From contig JAWAQR010000013.1 in the NCBI GenBank assembly GCA_038893835.1, forward strand, positions 1-34,262: a stretch of DNA of 34,262 nt. Reading direction: 5' to 3'. A program made the position numbers and the translations under genes. How positions within the stretch are numbered: the stretch's first letter is position 1; each line of letters begins with the position of its first letter. Origin of the DNA: Archaeoglobaceae archaeon. Lineage in GTDB: Archaea; Halobacteriota; Archaeoglobi; Archaeoglobales; Archaeoglobaceae. Of the stretch, positions 8,884 through 18,345 are shown piece after piece. The notes beneath the pieces were generated by a model. The model worked only from the letters and a program-made list of their open reading frames with translations, searched no databases and was not told the DNA's origin.

Positions 8884-9625
8884 AATTCTTAGGGTTTCGG
8901 AGTTGAGGAAGAAGTTTGGAGATCTTCTGGTACTAGACAATATAGATTTTTCTGTAAAAGAGGGTGAATTCTTCTGCATCCTTGGCCCCAGCGGTTGTGG
9001 AAAAACAACGCTGCTACGAATTCTTGCAGGCTTAGAAAGTTATGAGGGTGAAGTTTTACTTAGAGGCAAAATCATTCGTAAACCTAGTGCAGATAGGATT
9101 ATGGTTTTCCAAGATTATGCACTTTTCCCTTGGAGAGACGTGATCGGTAATGTGATATTTGGACTAGAAATGAAACGAATTGCGAAAGATGAAGCTCTAA
9201 GATTGGCCAAGGAAATGCTAAAAGTAGTTGGACTCGAGGGCTTCGAAAAAGCTTATCCACACGAGCTTTCCGGAGGAATGAAGCAAAGAGTTGCGCTTGC
9301 AAGAGCTCTTGTTTGTGATCCGGAACTCCTCCTCATGGATGAACCACTAAGCGCGCTAGATGCGCAAACAAGGATGGAAATGCAGGGCGAGCTTGTAAAG
9401 ATATGGCAAAAGACGAGGAAAACAATAATCTATGTGACCCACAGCATAGAGGAGGCAGTTTTTTTAGCTGATCGCATTCTCGTTTTATCGAAGAGACCTG
9501 CAAGAGTTAAGGAGATCGTTGAGGTTACCTTGTCTAGGCCAAGAAATAGATTTGACAGGAATTTTGTCGACCTCTGCCTTAAATTGTACGATTTGTTGAA
9601 AAATAGCGGGCTCGGCGGGATTTGA
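8876..9625 (+). CDS. NitT/TauT-family ABC transporter ATP-binding protein
   Basis: Walker A GPSGCGKT, VFQDYALFPW, LSGGMKQR, LLMDEP, VTHSIEEA. Confidence 0.94.
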   Translation: MSEILRVSELRKKFGDLLVLDNIDFSVKEGEFFCILGPSGCGKTTLLRILAGLESYEGEVLLRGKIIRKPSADRIMVFQDYALFPWRDVIGNVIFGLEMKRIAKDEALRLAKEMLKVVGLEGFEKAYPHELSGGMKQRVALARALVCDPELLLMDEPLSALDAQTRMEMQGELVKIWQKTRKTIIYVTHSIEEAVFLADRILVLSKRPARVKEIVEVTLSRPRNRFDRNFVDLCLKLYDLLKNSGLGGI

Positions 9626-9681
9626 ACCCGCGACCTGCAGCTTAGGAGGCTGCCGCCATATCCGTGCTAGGCCACGAGCCC
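9607..9681 (-). tRNA. tRNA-Arg(CCT)
   Basis: Cloverleaf GGGCTCG...CGAGCCC-G; anticodon arm GCAGC-CTCCTAA-GCTGC; T loop GGTTCAAATCC; CCA not encoded. Confidence 0.95.
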
Positions 9682-9704
9682 TAAAGAATGTAAATTTCTA
9701 GGTT

Positions 9705-10310
9705 TTATGAGCTTTTTGGTTTTAACTTTTCGGATTCTCTTAGAACATAGGAAGCATAGAGCAGGAAAAAGGCTACCATCATTAGAAAAAGATTGAAACG
9801 CCATTCGGCTGAAAGTTCAACTTCGAAGGGGCGAGGATGGAGGGGGGAAAAGAAGGCAGCAAAATAGCTTAGAGGGACAGTTAAGTATGCTATTATCAAA
9901 TAAATGGCTGAAATCCTCGCTTTATCAACTTCAACAAGGTTTCGAAGCGAAAAGTAAATGGCATAAACGAAGAGCATCAGTAGAACTATGACTTCCCGTA
10001 TCTCATACCATGTAAAATAAGCTCCCCAAGTTTCCTTTGCCCAAATAGCTCCACTTAGAAATGCGATTGCAATCATTATAAAGCCAAATTTTGCGGAAAT
10101 GTTTGCCATCGCATCCTTTTTTAAATCGCCGCTCCTCAAATAGGATATTGAATAGAAGAAGGAAACTGTAAATGCTAGGTAAGAGGTTATTGCAGAAGGA
10201 ATATGCAGAAAAGCGATTCTGTATATCTCTATTTTTGCTGGCAGCGTCAAAGCGTTATAGATTCCAAATGCGAGCATTAGAAGTCCAATTGGAAGAATAA
10301 GTTTGAACAT
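9705..10310 (-). CDS. ccmC: Cytochrome c biogenesis heme-handling protein (CcmC/CcsA family)
   Basis: About six TM helices; FLHIPSA, Trp-rich SGAIWAKETWGAYFTW and LHP motifs. Confidence 0.82.
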   Translation of the reverse strand: MFKLILPIGLLMLAFGIYNALTLPAKIEIYRIAFLHIPSAITSYLAFTVSFFYSISYLRSGDLKKDAMANISAKFGFIMIAIAFLSGAIWAKETWGAYFTWYEIREVIVLLMLFVYAIYFSLRNLVEVDKARISAIYLIIAYLTVPLSYFAAFFSPLHPRPFEVELSAEWRFNLFLMMVAFFLLYASYVLRESEKLKPKSS

Positions 10311-10367
10311 GAAATGAGTGATCTCGAAGATTAAAAAATTTTTTAAATTGAGAAGACAATAAACTTT

Positions 10368-10901
10368 GTGCTGAAACTTATATACTCTCTGCTAACGTTT
10401 CTTTTTCTAATCTCCTGTTATCTTGGATATTATTTGGCAGAAACTTATCCGGAAGTAACTAAAAGAGAGATGAAGAATTTAGAAGAGTTCTTCAGAAGCT
10501 TCGCACAGGCAAAATTATCCTTTATCGAGATCTTTGCTCTTATATTCATAAACAATTCTGTTAAATCTTTCTTTGCCATGCTCCTCGGAATTTTCTTTGG
10601 GATAGTTCCAGTTCTTTTTCTATTCCTCAATGGCCTCATAATCGGTTTATTTGCAAAGTTCATCGGCGAAAAAATTGGGCTTTTGAAGTTCATACTTTTA
10701 CTCTTACCACATGGAATTCTGGAAATACCTGCTGTAATTTTGGCCTGTAGTTACGGTTTTCAGCTCGGTGTCGAATTCGCAAGGAATAGAAAGGGGATAG
10801 TAAAACACGTTAAAAAAGCAGTAAAGAATTTCTTCAAATTCGTCATTCCAATGCTGCTCGTAGCTGCGATGATAGAAACTTTTCTAATCTCCATTAGCTA
10901 A
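10368..10901 (+). CDS. SpoIIM/DUF95-family membrane protein
   Basis: IFINN, NGLIIG, LPHGILEIPA and AAMIETF motifs. Confidence 0.88.
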   Translation: MLKLIYSLLTFLFLISCYLGYYLAETYPEVTKREMKNLEEFFRSFAQAKLSFIEIFALIFINNSVKSFFAMLLGIFFGIVPVLFLFLNGLIIGLFAKFIGEKIGLLKFILLLLPHGILEIPAVILACSYGFQLGVEFARNRKGIVKHVKKAVKNFFKFVIPMLLVAAMIETFLISIS

Positions 10902-11292
10902 TTTTTGATTGCGAAAAATTTTTTAAGCCTAGGATGTCTCTTCCATTTGCATAAACTTCCTCATCTATTCTAAAACCTCTGTTAGTTTCCTTTAAATCCT
11001 CAATTCTAAGAAACCTCCAATTCTTTCTCGGAAGTTTCAGAGCTATGTAGGCCTTTGCTCCAAAACTTTTGGAAAATTCTAGGAGCTTTTTAACTTCATC
11101 TGAGGAAATATAGAAGGGCAAAGAGCTCCTCATCTTTACTTCGAAAGCGAAGAACTCATCACCATTTCCTGCGACAACATCTGGACAGGGATAGCGTGAT
11201 GCCCCGCTGCCAGCAACTCTTACCGCGGCAAAACCATTTTTCCATAACTCCTCTATTAGCTCCCTCTCAAACCTTGAACCCTTCCCCTTCAT
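10894..11292 (-). CDS. hjc: Holliday junction resolvase Hjc
   Basis: KGSRFEREL, VRVAGSG, PDVVAG and FEVK (PD-(D/E)xK); ATG 11292 preferred. Confidence 0.95.
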   Translation of the reverse strand: MKGKGSRFERELIEELWKNGFAAVRVAGSGASRYPCPDVVAGNGDEFFAFEVKMRSSLPFYISSDEVKKLLEFSKSFGAKAYIALKLPRKNWRFLRIEDLKETNRGFRIDEEVYANGRDILGLKNFSQSKIS

Positions 11293-11374
11293 CAAAAAAA
11301 TTTTAAATTCCCCCACTTATCTCTTTCCAAAATAGACCGAAAAGCTAATATCGTAAGAAACTCAAAACCTTTGA

Positions 11375-11457
11375 GCGGGGGTTGCCGAGTGGCCAAAGGC
11401 GCTGGATTCAGGGTCCAGTCCCGTAGGGGTTCGAGGGTTCAAATCCCTCCCCCCGCA
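11375..11457 (+). tRNA. tRNA-Leu(CAG)
   Basis: GCGGGGG...CCCCCGC-A; anticodon arm CTGGA-TTCAGGG-TCCAG; long variable arm. Confidence 0.95.
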
Positions 11458-11479
11458 TGCTTGGATCAAATCTTTCTTT

Positions 11480-12037
11480 ATGATCAAAGTTGATCAAAAC
11501 TTGAATTCCAGGGTCAGGAAAATACCTATATGGCTCGGAAACGTAATCGAAATTATTGGAATCTCTATTGCTTTCTATTTTCTCTTTCTTTCCCTAAATT
11601 TTGTTTCTTTCAAAAAGCTTCTGTTTCTTCTTATCTCATGGACCTGCTTTTGGTATTTTACTCACTGTCTAGCGCATTACGTTGTAGGAAAACTCTTTGG
11701 CATAGAGTTTCTTTATTACTATATCGGAAAATCTGCAATTTTAAAACTTAAAATTCCAATTTTTAAACCTTTCAAACTGATTCCCGTTCTTGGTTTGAAA
11801 ACAAAACCCGAAAGTGTAAAAAGAATTTCAAAAAAGAAAGTTGCGATTTTCTACGCCTCAGGTGCATTATTTTCAATGTTTTCTCCTGCAATTACTCTCT
11901 TATTTGCAACCGAGTTTTTTGTTTTTCTTTTTCTGCTTATTCTAACGCTTTCAAACATTTTTTTCACTTTAATTTTTAGCCCTAAGATAGGGGATTTCTG
12001 GAAGGTAAAAAACATTAGAACTCCTGAAAAATCATGA
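11480..12037 (+). CDS. Membrane protein resembling peptidase M50/site-2 protease, with HCxxH in place of HExxH
   Basis: Four hydrophobic segments; THCLAHYVVGKLFGI, FYASG and SPKIGD fall in M50 motif order. Confidence 0.5.
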   Translation: MIKVDQNLNSRVRKIPIWLGNVIEIIGISIAFYFLFLSLNFVSFKKLLFLLISWTCFWYFTHCLAHYVVGKLFGIEFLYYYIGKSAILKLKIPIFKPFKLIPVLGLKTKPESVKRISKKKVAIFYASGALFSMFSPAITLLFATEFFVFLFLLILTLSNIFFTLIFSPKIGDFWKVKNIRTPEKS

Positions 12038-12039
12038 AA

Positions 12040-12113
12040 AGCCACGGCCGGGATTTGAACCCGGGACCACTTGCTTACCAAGCAAGTGCTCTTCCAGGCT
12101 GAGCTACCGTGGC
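12040..12113 (-). tRNA. tRNA-Thr(GGT)
   Basis: GCCACGG...CCGTGGC-T; anticodon arm CTTGC-TTGGTAA-GCAAG. Confidence 0.95.
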
Positions 12114-12182
12114 ATAAGCTAATTTCATCATTCTGGATTTAAAGATTTCCTTTTTGTTGGACATTTATAAAATTTAAAAATA

Positions 12183-14441
12183 CTATCCAATCTCCAAGGA
12201 CTTATCTTCCTGTTTTTTAATGAGATTCTCAACATCGTATTTTTCCGCCTCGCTGTACGGTGTTGTCATCAGAAGTCTTATACGTTTTGCTGTTTTTTCC
12301 CCAACTTTCGGTACTTTCATCAGCTCTTTTTCATCTGCAGTAGCTATTCTTTCGATTGTCTGGAAATACTCGAGTAAGTTCTTTGCTATAATCCCTCCAA
12401 CTCCGGAAATCGCGGATACAACGTATTCCTGTTCATCCTTCAAGCTTCTCTTTGTCTTTCCATAGTGCTCCACCACTACTCTTTTCCTTTCCTCCTGTTC
12501 TCTTCTAGCTATCGCCATCAGAAATTCTGCAGTCTCCCTTTCATCTCTTGTCCTTATTATTGGAATTCCGAAATCCACCGCTATCGCAGCTATTGCTCCA
12601 CGAATCGCATTTGGATGTAGACGTTGATATAAATTATCTCCTTCAACTATGATCACTGGTCTCTGATACGTTTTTAATTTCACCAGTTGTTGGAAGAGTC
12701 TGTCCTCTATTATGCTTTCGCTGAAATCCTCAACAGTCTTTCTTTCCACAGCAACTCTGTCACTTAGAACGTAATCTGCTACATCTAGATTTTTAACCTC
12801 TATCATCGCACCCATGTCGCGTAAAAGCTTAACGACTTCACTCCTCAATTCCCTAGAATCTACAATTATCTTCACTCCAGAGACCTCCGTCAGCTTTAGC
12901 TGTTCTATAGATTTTTTCTGCTTTTCCAGCATCGCCTTTACTTCTCTAACTCTCTCATACATCATTCTTTCCTTCCTCAGACTTATGAAGTAGTATGCTT
13001 CATCTCTTGTCCCTTTAGCCATTAGGACAACAATTCTCCCTTTCTTTCCTCTTCCAGTTCTTCCCTTTCTCTGTATGGCCCTGATTTCGGAGGGAATCGC
13101 TTCATAGAATACGACGAGATCGGTTGCAGGTATGTCAAGTCCCTCTTCGCCAATTGAAGTTGCGACTAGTATTTTATAGATACCATCTCTAAACTTTTCC
13201 AGAACTTCTATCTGTTCTCTCTGCCTCATACCCCTCTCCTCTTCCCTATCCGCTTGTCCAATGAACTTTGAAGTCGGGGCAATCTTTGATAACTCGGAAA
13301 CCAAATAATCGGCGGAATCTCTATAGTTTGTGAATACGATTATTCTAGAATCTGGATTGCTTTTAATTTGCTCAGCAATTATCTCCTTTAGTTTTACAAT
13401 CTTCGGATGTTCTCTGTTTATCCTAAGAGAGAGCATCAAAGCATCTCTGAAGTTCGAATCGTTGGCGATGTTTTTTGAAGCCCTGCTACAACCTCTAGAT
13501 GTCCCCTCTTTCAGTATTTTACTCGCATAACTCCTAAAACTTTCGATACTCTGCGTCTCTATGAGCTCTATAGCATGTGAAAGCTTTAGAATTTCAGCAA
13601 GAATTGAAATTGCTTCGAACAATTCTGTTTTTTGTGATTTGGCAGCTTCTTCCTGAATTAACTGCTGGAATTCCAACAACTCTCTTTTAGTCGCCTTTTC
13701 AGGAATTTCGAATCCGAGTTCTTTTAACTTCTTCAGCCTGATCTTTATACTCGTCTCCAACTTTTCTCTAATCGCAATTATTTCCTTAGGGACTTCAATG
13801 CTGATCCACTCAATTTCTTTTTCACTTATATACGGTTTTACGTCTTCATCAAACTCTGTTCTGAGTTCAATCCCTTCTATGTATAAATTTTTCACTATCT
13901 CCATTATTCTTTCCGGATCGCTGCCGGGTGAGGCTGTTAGGGCCAATATTAATGGTTTTTTAGCTTTTTGCATGTATTCTTTGGCGATGAACACGTAGCT
14001 GTAATTTCCAACAGCTCTATGCGCTTCATCAAAGATTAGAAGGACGAAATCTTCGAAAGAAAATCTGTTCGCTATGATGTCGTTTTCGACAACCTGAGGT
14101 GTTGCAACCACTATCTTTGCAGATTCCCACATTTTAACTCTCTTTTCTGGCTCATCATCTCCACTCATTGCCACTATCTTTCTTTCATCAATCTTCAAGA
14201 TTCTCTTTAAGAAATTTGCATGCTGCTCGACCAGAGGTCTCGTTGGAGCAAGAAATAAAGCTTTCCCCTCTTCGTTTAAAAGTCTTGAAGCCAAAACCAA
14301 AGCGGCAATTGTGGTTTTTCCAAGTCCAGTGGGAATTACAACGAGTGTGTTCTTGAGTAAAGCATTCGTAGCTATCGCTAGTTGATAAATTCTTCTCTCT
14401 ATTACTCCTTCTTTGATGAGAGGATGTGTTACACATTCCAC
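12183..14441 (-). CDS. hef: Hef helicase/nuclease (FANCM/Mph1-like SF2 helicase + ERCC4 nuclease + HhH2)
   Basis: PTGLGKT, DEAH, TASPG, QRKGRTGR; ADY...ERKTVEDF nuclease motif; ISGVG and VPKVG HhH pair. Confidence 0.95.
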   Translation of the reverse strand: MECVTHPLIKEGVIERRIYQLAIATNALLKNTLVVIPTGLGKTTIAALVLASRLLNEEGKALFLAPTRPLVEQHANFLKRILKIDERKIVAMSGDDEPEKRVKMWESAKIVVATPQVVENDIIANRFSFEDFVLLIFDEAHRAVGNYSYVFIAKEYMQKAKKPLILALTASPGSDPERIMEIVKNLYIEGIELRTEFDEDVKPYISEKEIEWISIEVPKEIIAIREKLETSIKIRLKKLKELGFEIPEKATKRELLEFQQLIQEEAAKSQKTELFEAISILAEILKLSHAIELIETQSIESFRSYASKILKEGTSRGCSRASKNIANDSNFRDALMLSLRINREHPKIVKLKEIIAEQIKSNPDSRIIVFTNYRDSADYLVSELSKIAPTSKFIGQADREEERGMRQREQIEVLEKFRDGIYKILVATSIGEEGLDIPATDLVVFYEAIPSEIRAIQRKGRTGRGKKGRIVVLMAKGTRDEAYYFISLRKERMMYERVREVKAMLEKQKKSIEQLKLTEVSGVKIIVDSRELRSEVVKLLRDMGAMIEVKNLDVADYVLSDRVAVERKTVEDFSESIIEDRLFQQLVKLKTYQRPVIIVEGDNLYQRLHPNAIRGAIAAIAVDFGIPIIRTRDERETAEFLMAIARREQEERKRVVVEHYGKTKRSLKDEQEYVVSAISGVGGIIAKNLLEYFQTIERIATADEKELMKVPKVGEKTAKRIRLLMTTPYSEAEKYDVENLIKKQEDKSLEIG

Positions 14442-14522
14442 AGCCTTTTTTTTCCTTTTTAAATAAATCGTTTTCTCTCGATTTAAACGATACCTTTATT
14501 TGCGAAAAAACTAAGAAATTCT

Positions 14523-14798
14523 ATGTCTGGTCAGTTTGGTAAAGAAGAAATTGTACATATACATCTCCTGCTTTTCCAGATTAAAAAGTTTTTAGAGAGT
14601 TTGGGTGTCGAGAATGAGTATTTCAGGGAGTATGAAATGATGAACATATCTCCAGTCCAGATCTTCAAGCAGAAGATAGAACACAGGGAAGCGATAATAA
14701 AGCTATGTTATGGAATAATGAAGGCAATAGGCAGAGAGGAGGAATTGGAAAGAATCTGTTATATGGTTAAGGGATTGATGAAAGAAGAGGAAAGTTAG
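14523..14798 (+). CDS. UPF0058-family protein
   Basis: KEEIVHIHLLL...F.EY....ISP..I.K.K.EH..AI..L pattern. Confidence 0.75.
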   Translation: MSGQFGKEEIVHIHLLLFQIKKFLESLGVENEYFREYEMMNISPVQIFKQKIEHREAIIKLCYGIMKAIGREEELERICYMVKGLMKEEES

Positions 14799-17067
14799 AA
14801 TAATATCTGAATCCTCCCTTTTCCTTATACTTCTCCCACTCAGTCCTTCTCTTTTCTCCACCTATGATCTTACTTAAAACTTCTATCGCTCCATCCTTTC
14901 TCAGCGGTCTGTTGTTGTTGCCACACTGATAACTATAGGTACATTTGGGACAGCCATCTATTCTTTTGCAGTCGCAATTTTTCAAAATCTCATAGGAAAT
15001 TCTGAAGGCTTTTTCCAGTCTTTTAAATAGCAGTTTACTTAAGCCACTACCACCTATTATACCATCGTATACAAAAATATCTCCTTCAGCTGTAGAAATT
15101 CCACCAATTTCCCTGCTACCACCACCAGTTAATGCATTGGTCGACTCGATCAGAACGTGCTCTACAGCATGAAAGCTTCCAGCATAAAATTCTTCATCAC
15201 CCTCATCTGGAAATGGACATGAAAAAATGAACCCCTTTGTGCGGAAGGAGAAATTTATCGGCTTTTCAAGGTAGAAAATTTCCTTTCTTTCTCTGAAGAT
15301 ATCTCTTTTTACATAACCATGAACAGAAATCGATATCTCAAGCGTTGTATAATATGCTTCCACAGGATTGCAAATAGAATCTTCAACGCTGACTATCTTC
15401 GGAATCGATGTGTAAAGGGGATCCGTTATCTCTTCCCCCTCATCCGCAACCTCAACCTCTGCACGCAAACTCTCAAGGTCGAGTTCTTTGCACCTGTATC
15501 TAACACCATTGTGTATTATTACAGCCCCAGGAAATAGCTCTTTCACAGCTATTGGCAAAACTCTTTCCCCAATTTCCTTTCCATTATGAAAAATTTTAAT
15601 TCTTTCCCCAATTCCTCGCATCGAGAATTGCTCTAAGTATTTCAGCCCTTTCTCGGTTAAGTTGAGAAATATTCCAGTTTTCACAAGTCCCTCATCAATC
15701 AGTTGTTTTAAAACTTCAGACCTTAATTCCTCAGGTTTAGTGCTTTTTTCAGCTATCATAGAAAGGAACTGATACTTTCTAACTTCTTCATTCTCCTTCT
15801 CAACGTATCCATTTGTCTGATCTTTGAAGTAATCTTCTGGATTTCTTTTGTAGTAAGCGGAAATTGGATCATCGGTTCTCAGCAAAAGAATTCCAATGCT
15901 CTCCTGTCCTCTTCTCCCCGCCCTTCCAACTCGCTGCAAAAATTGAGAATACGGAACAAGCTCGGATATAACGATGTCTACATCCCCTATGTCAATGCCA
16001 AGTTCCAGTGTTGGTGTAGAAACAACAACTTTTATTTTCCCTTCTCTAAAATTCCTTTCAACCTCATTTCTCAATTCTTTTGTTAATCCGCTTTTATGCA
16101 CTGCAGAAGGAATCTTGGATTTTCTGAGAACCCAATTGATTGTCTCGACAACCTTGTAACTGTTTCCAAAGATCAGAATTTTTTTGTTTGGAAAGGCGGT
16201 TACGATTTCCTTCACCGCAGAATAGATGTTGCTACACTCTCTCATTACAAAGTTTAAAACTGTTTTTCTGTGCTCTCCATGTACATGTACGAATTCCCTT
16301 TCAAATAGCTCTTCTGCAAACTCCTTTGCATTTGCAAGCGTAGCAGAGGCGCATGCAATTTGAAAATCGGAAAATCTGTCAAGTCTTTTAATGAGATAGT
16401 GCATGTTGGAGCCAAAAAAGCCAGTGTAAACATGTAGTTCATCGATTGCTATGAAAGACACTTCTCTTACAAAGTTTCTGAAAGCGGGAGTATTTCTCAA
16501 ATGATAATCGACCATATCTGGATTTGTTAGAACAATATCGGCTTTCCCAGACAGTACAGCTGTTCTTTCTTCTAAGCTTGAATCTCCGTCAAATCTCACT
16601 ACTCTGATTCCCAAATCTTCTGCATAGTCCTTTATTTTTAACTCCTGATCCTTTGCTAAAGCCTTTGTAGGGTAAAAAACTATCCCTTTCCCCTCTTTAA
16701 CCTTTTCAAGCATAGGTATAACGAAGGCCTCAGTTTTTCCAAAGCCTGTTGGAGCTGTGATCACAACGTTTTTTCCAGCGATTAGTAGCTCCATTGCTTC
16801 TTTCTGAAACGGATATAGCTTTTCTATCCCTCTTTTTCTGAGCACAGATGCGAGTTCTTTTGGAAGAAAATCCAATGACTCAGTAGGGACTTCGTTGAAA
16901 GGTTCGAAGACGCAAAAGTAGACTATTTCATCCTTGGTTTCAAAGATAGGTCTTAGGAATTCCTTGTAATTTTGCATTAGAATCTTTAGGTTTTTATCCA
17001 ATGTACTGCTGCATGAGCATCTTTTTCTGAGCCTTTTGCATTTGGGACAGAAAAGATCTTCAAGCAC
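14767..17067 (-). CDS. SF2 DExH helicase with C-terminal DUF1998 Zn-binding domain (Hrq1/MrfA/SftH-like)
   Basis: APTGFGKT, YPTKALAKDQ, TNPDM, DELH, SAT, LELGIDIG, QRVGRAGR; C-terminal HAVEH...CDC..GCPKC...CGNNN; N-terminal CPKC...CSC. Confidence 0.9.
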   Translation of the reverse strand: MLEDLFCPKCKRLRKRCSCSSTLDKNLKILMQNYKEFLRPIFETKDEIVYFCVFEPFNEVPTESLDFLPKELASVLRKRGIEKLYPFQKEAMELLIAGKNVVITAPTGFGKTEAFVIPMLEKVKEGKGIVFYPTKALAKDQELKIKDYAEDLGIRVVRFDGDSSLEERTAVLSGKADIVLTNPDMVDYHLRNTPAFRNFVREVSFIAIDELHVYTGFFGSNMHYLIKRLDRFSDFQIACASATLANAKEFAEELFEREFVHVHGEHRKTVLNFVMRECSNIYSAVKEIVTAFPNKKILIFGNSYKVVETINWVLRKSKIPSAVHKSGLTKELRNEVERNFREGKIKVVVSTPTLELGIDIGDVDIVISELVPYSQFLQRVGRAGRRGQESIGILLLRTDDPISAYYKRNPEDYFKDQTNGYVEKENEEVRKYQFLSMIAEKSTKPEELRSEVLKQLIDEGLVKTGIFLNLTEKGLKYLEQFSMRGIGERIKIFHNGKEIGERVLPIAVKELFPGAVIIHNGVRYRCKELDLESLRAEVEVADEGEEITDPLYTSIPKIVSVEDSICNPVEAYYTTLEISISVHGYVKRDIFRERKEIFYLEKPINFSFRTKGFIFSCPFPDEGDEEFYAGSFHAVEHVLIESTNALTGGGSREIGGISTAEGDIFVYDGIIGGSGLSKLLFKRLEKAFRISYEILKNCDCKRIDGCPKCTYSYQCGNNNRPLRKDGAIEVLSKIIGGEKRRTEWEKYKEKGGFRYYSNFPLLSSIP

Positions 17068-17131
17068 AAAGTTAATCTGTCTGGTAAAATAAGAGTTTTG
17101 TAAGTTGCAAAGCTTGAATTACTTTGAAAGA

Positions 17132-17833
17132 CTAGAGATCATCTATGCTTAACTCATCCATGCTAAAAACTGGACCATCTCTACAAACTCTCATGCCATT
17201 TTCAAGAACACAAGACCCGCATACACCAAATCCGCAGCGCATATATCTTTCCAAAGAAAATTCAACAATCTTTTTCTCTAATCTTTCTTTAAAAATTTTA
17301 TATAGCTTTTTCAAAAACTCACTTTTTCCACAGCAGTATATAGCTGAATATGTTTCCAGCGGTTCTTTTTCAACCAAGTCAACTGCAGTTCCTTTAAACC
17401 CAAAGCTACCATCTTCTGTTGCATATGCTGCGTTTTTGAAATCTTTCCATACTAGTTCATCAGAACTCCTTGCCCCATAGATAACTCTAGCACTGTAGCC
17501 ATTTTCTAAAATCTTTTTATACAGGAATCTTAAAGGGGCAATTCCTATACCTCCCGCGATTAAAAGCGCGTTATCTTTAATTCTAAAAGGTCTTCCAAAA
17601 GCTCCTCTAACTCCAATCATATCCCCTCTTTCCAATGCTACAAGAGCCCTTGTAGTTTCACCAACGGCTTTAACTGTGAAGGAAGATTCAGAGGAAAAAC
17701 TAAGCGGAATTTCTTCATAGCCGGGAACATATACCATTGCAAATTGTCCGGGAAGAGCGTTGAATTTTGCATTTATGTGTATTGTTGCAACATCTTTGGC
17801 AGCTTTTTCAACTTTCAAAACTTTCACGAACAT
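17132..17833 (-). CDS. pyrK: Dihydroorotate dehydrogenase electron-transfer subunit (FAD, 2Fe-2S)
   Basis: PGQFAMV, EIPLS, AGGIGIAP, TEDGS, CGFGVCGSC...VCRDGPVF. Confidence 0.88.
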   Translation of the reverse strand: MFVKVLKVEKAAKDVATIHINAKFNALPGQFAMVYVPGYEEIPLSFSSESSFTVKAVGETTRALVALERGDMIGVRGAFGRPFRIKDNALLIAGGIGIAPLRFLYKKILENGYSARVIYGARSSDELVWKDFKNAAYATEDGSFGFKGTAVDLVEKEPLETYSAIYCCGKSEFLKKLYKIFKERLEKKIVEFSLERYMRCGFGVCGSCVLENGMRVCRDGPVFSMDELSIDDL

Positions 17834-18160
17834 GATGTTTAGTATACTTTTTGATATAAAATTTTTGCTATTATTGAAAAAAGATTTAAATTTATAATTT
17901 AATTAAAAAATAAAACTTTTTCATATATTAATTTTTTAAGATTAATAGACATTGGTTTTCTTAATAACATTTAATTAAATTTATGAATAAATTTATTACA
18001 GAAATCTCGTAATGAATCGATTTAGATTAACCTAAAACCTTGAGATTTAGCGACTCGATTATTCCAAAAATTATATGAATAAAGCGATTTTCGTGAAAGC
18101 AAGGAGGGTGAATTGCGAAAAAATCGTTGGGAGTTGGAGGTCTATTTTAACAAAATTCTC

Positions 18161-18185
18161 TTTGTTACATTAATTTTGTAACAAA
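18161..18185. promoter_or_regulatory. Perfect 9-7-9 inverted repeat, candidate operator
   Basis: TTTGTTACA-TTAATTT-TGTAACAAA. Confidence 0.45.
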
Positions 18186-18345
18186 TAAGATTCAACGAAA
18201 TATTAAAAATTTAAAAATTAAATTTAATTTTGAAATTGATTATATTTTATCAAAAAATTTTTTATTTTCAAAATATTTCTTAAATAATATAAAAAAGAAA
18301 ATAAAACATCATTAAGTTTTATTAAAAATAAAATTAAAATTCTCC

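Noticed and set aside
6492-9681. Integrated element at the tRNA-Arg 3' end
   Set aside because: No integrase and no second att copy seen; other GGATTTGAACC matches belong to complete tRNAs
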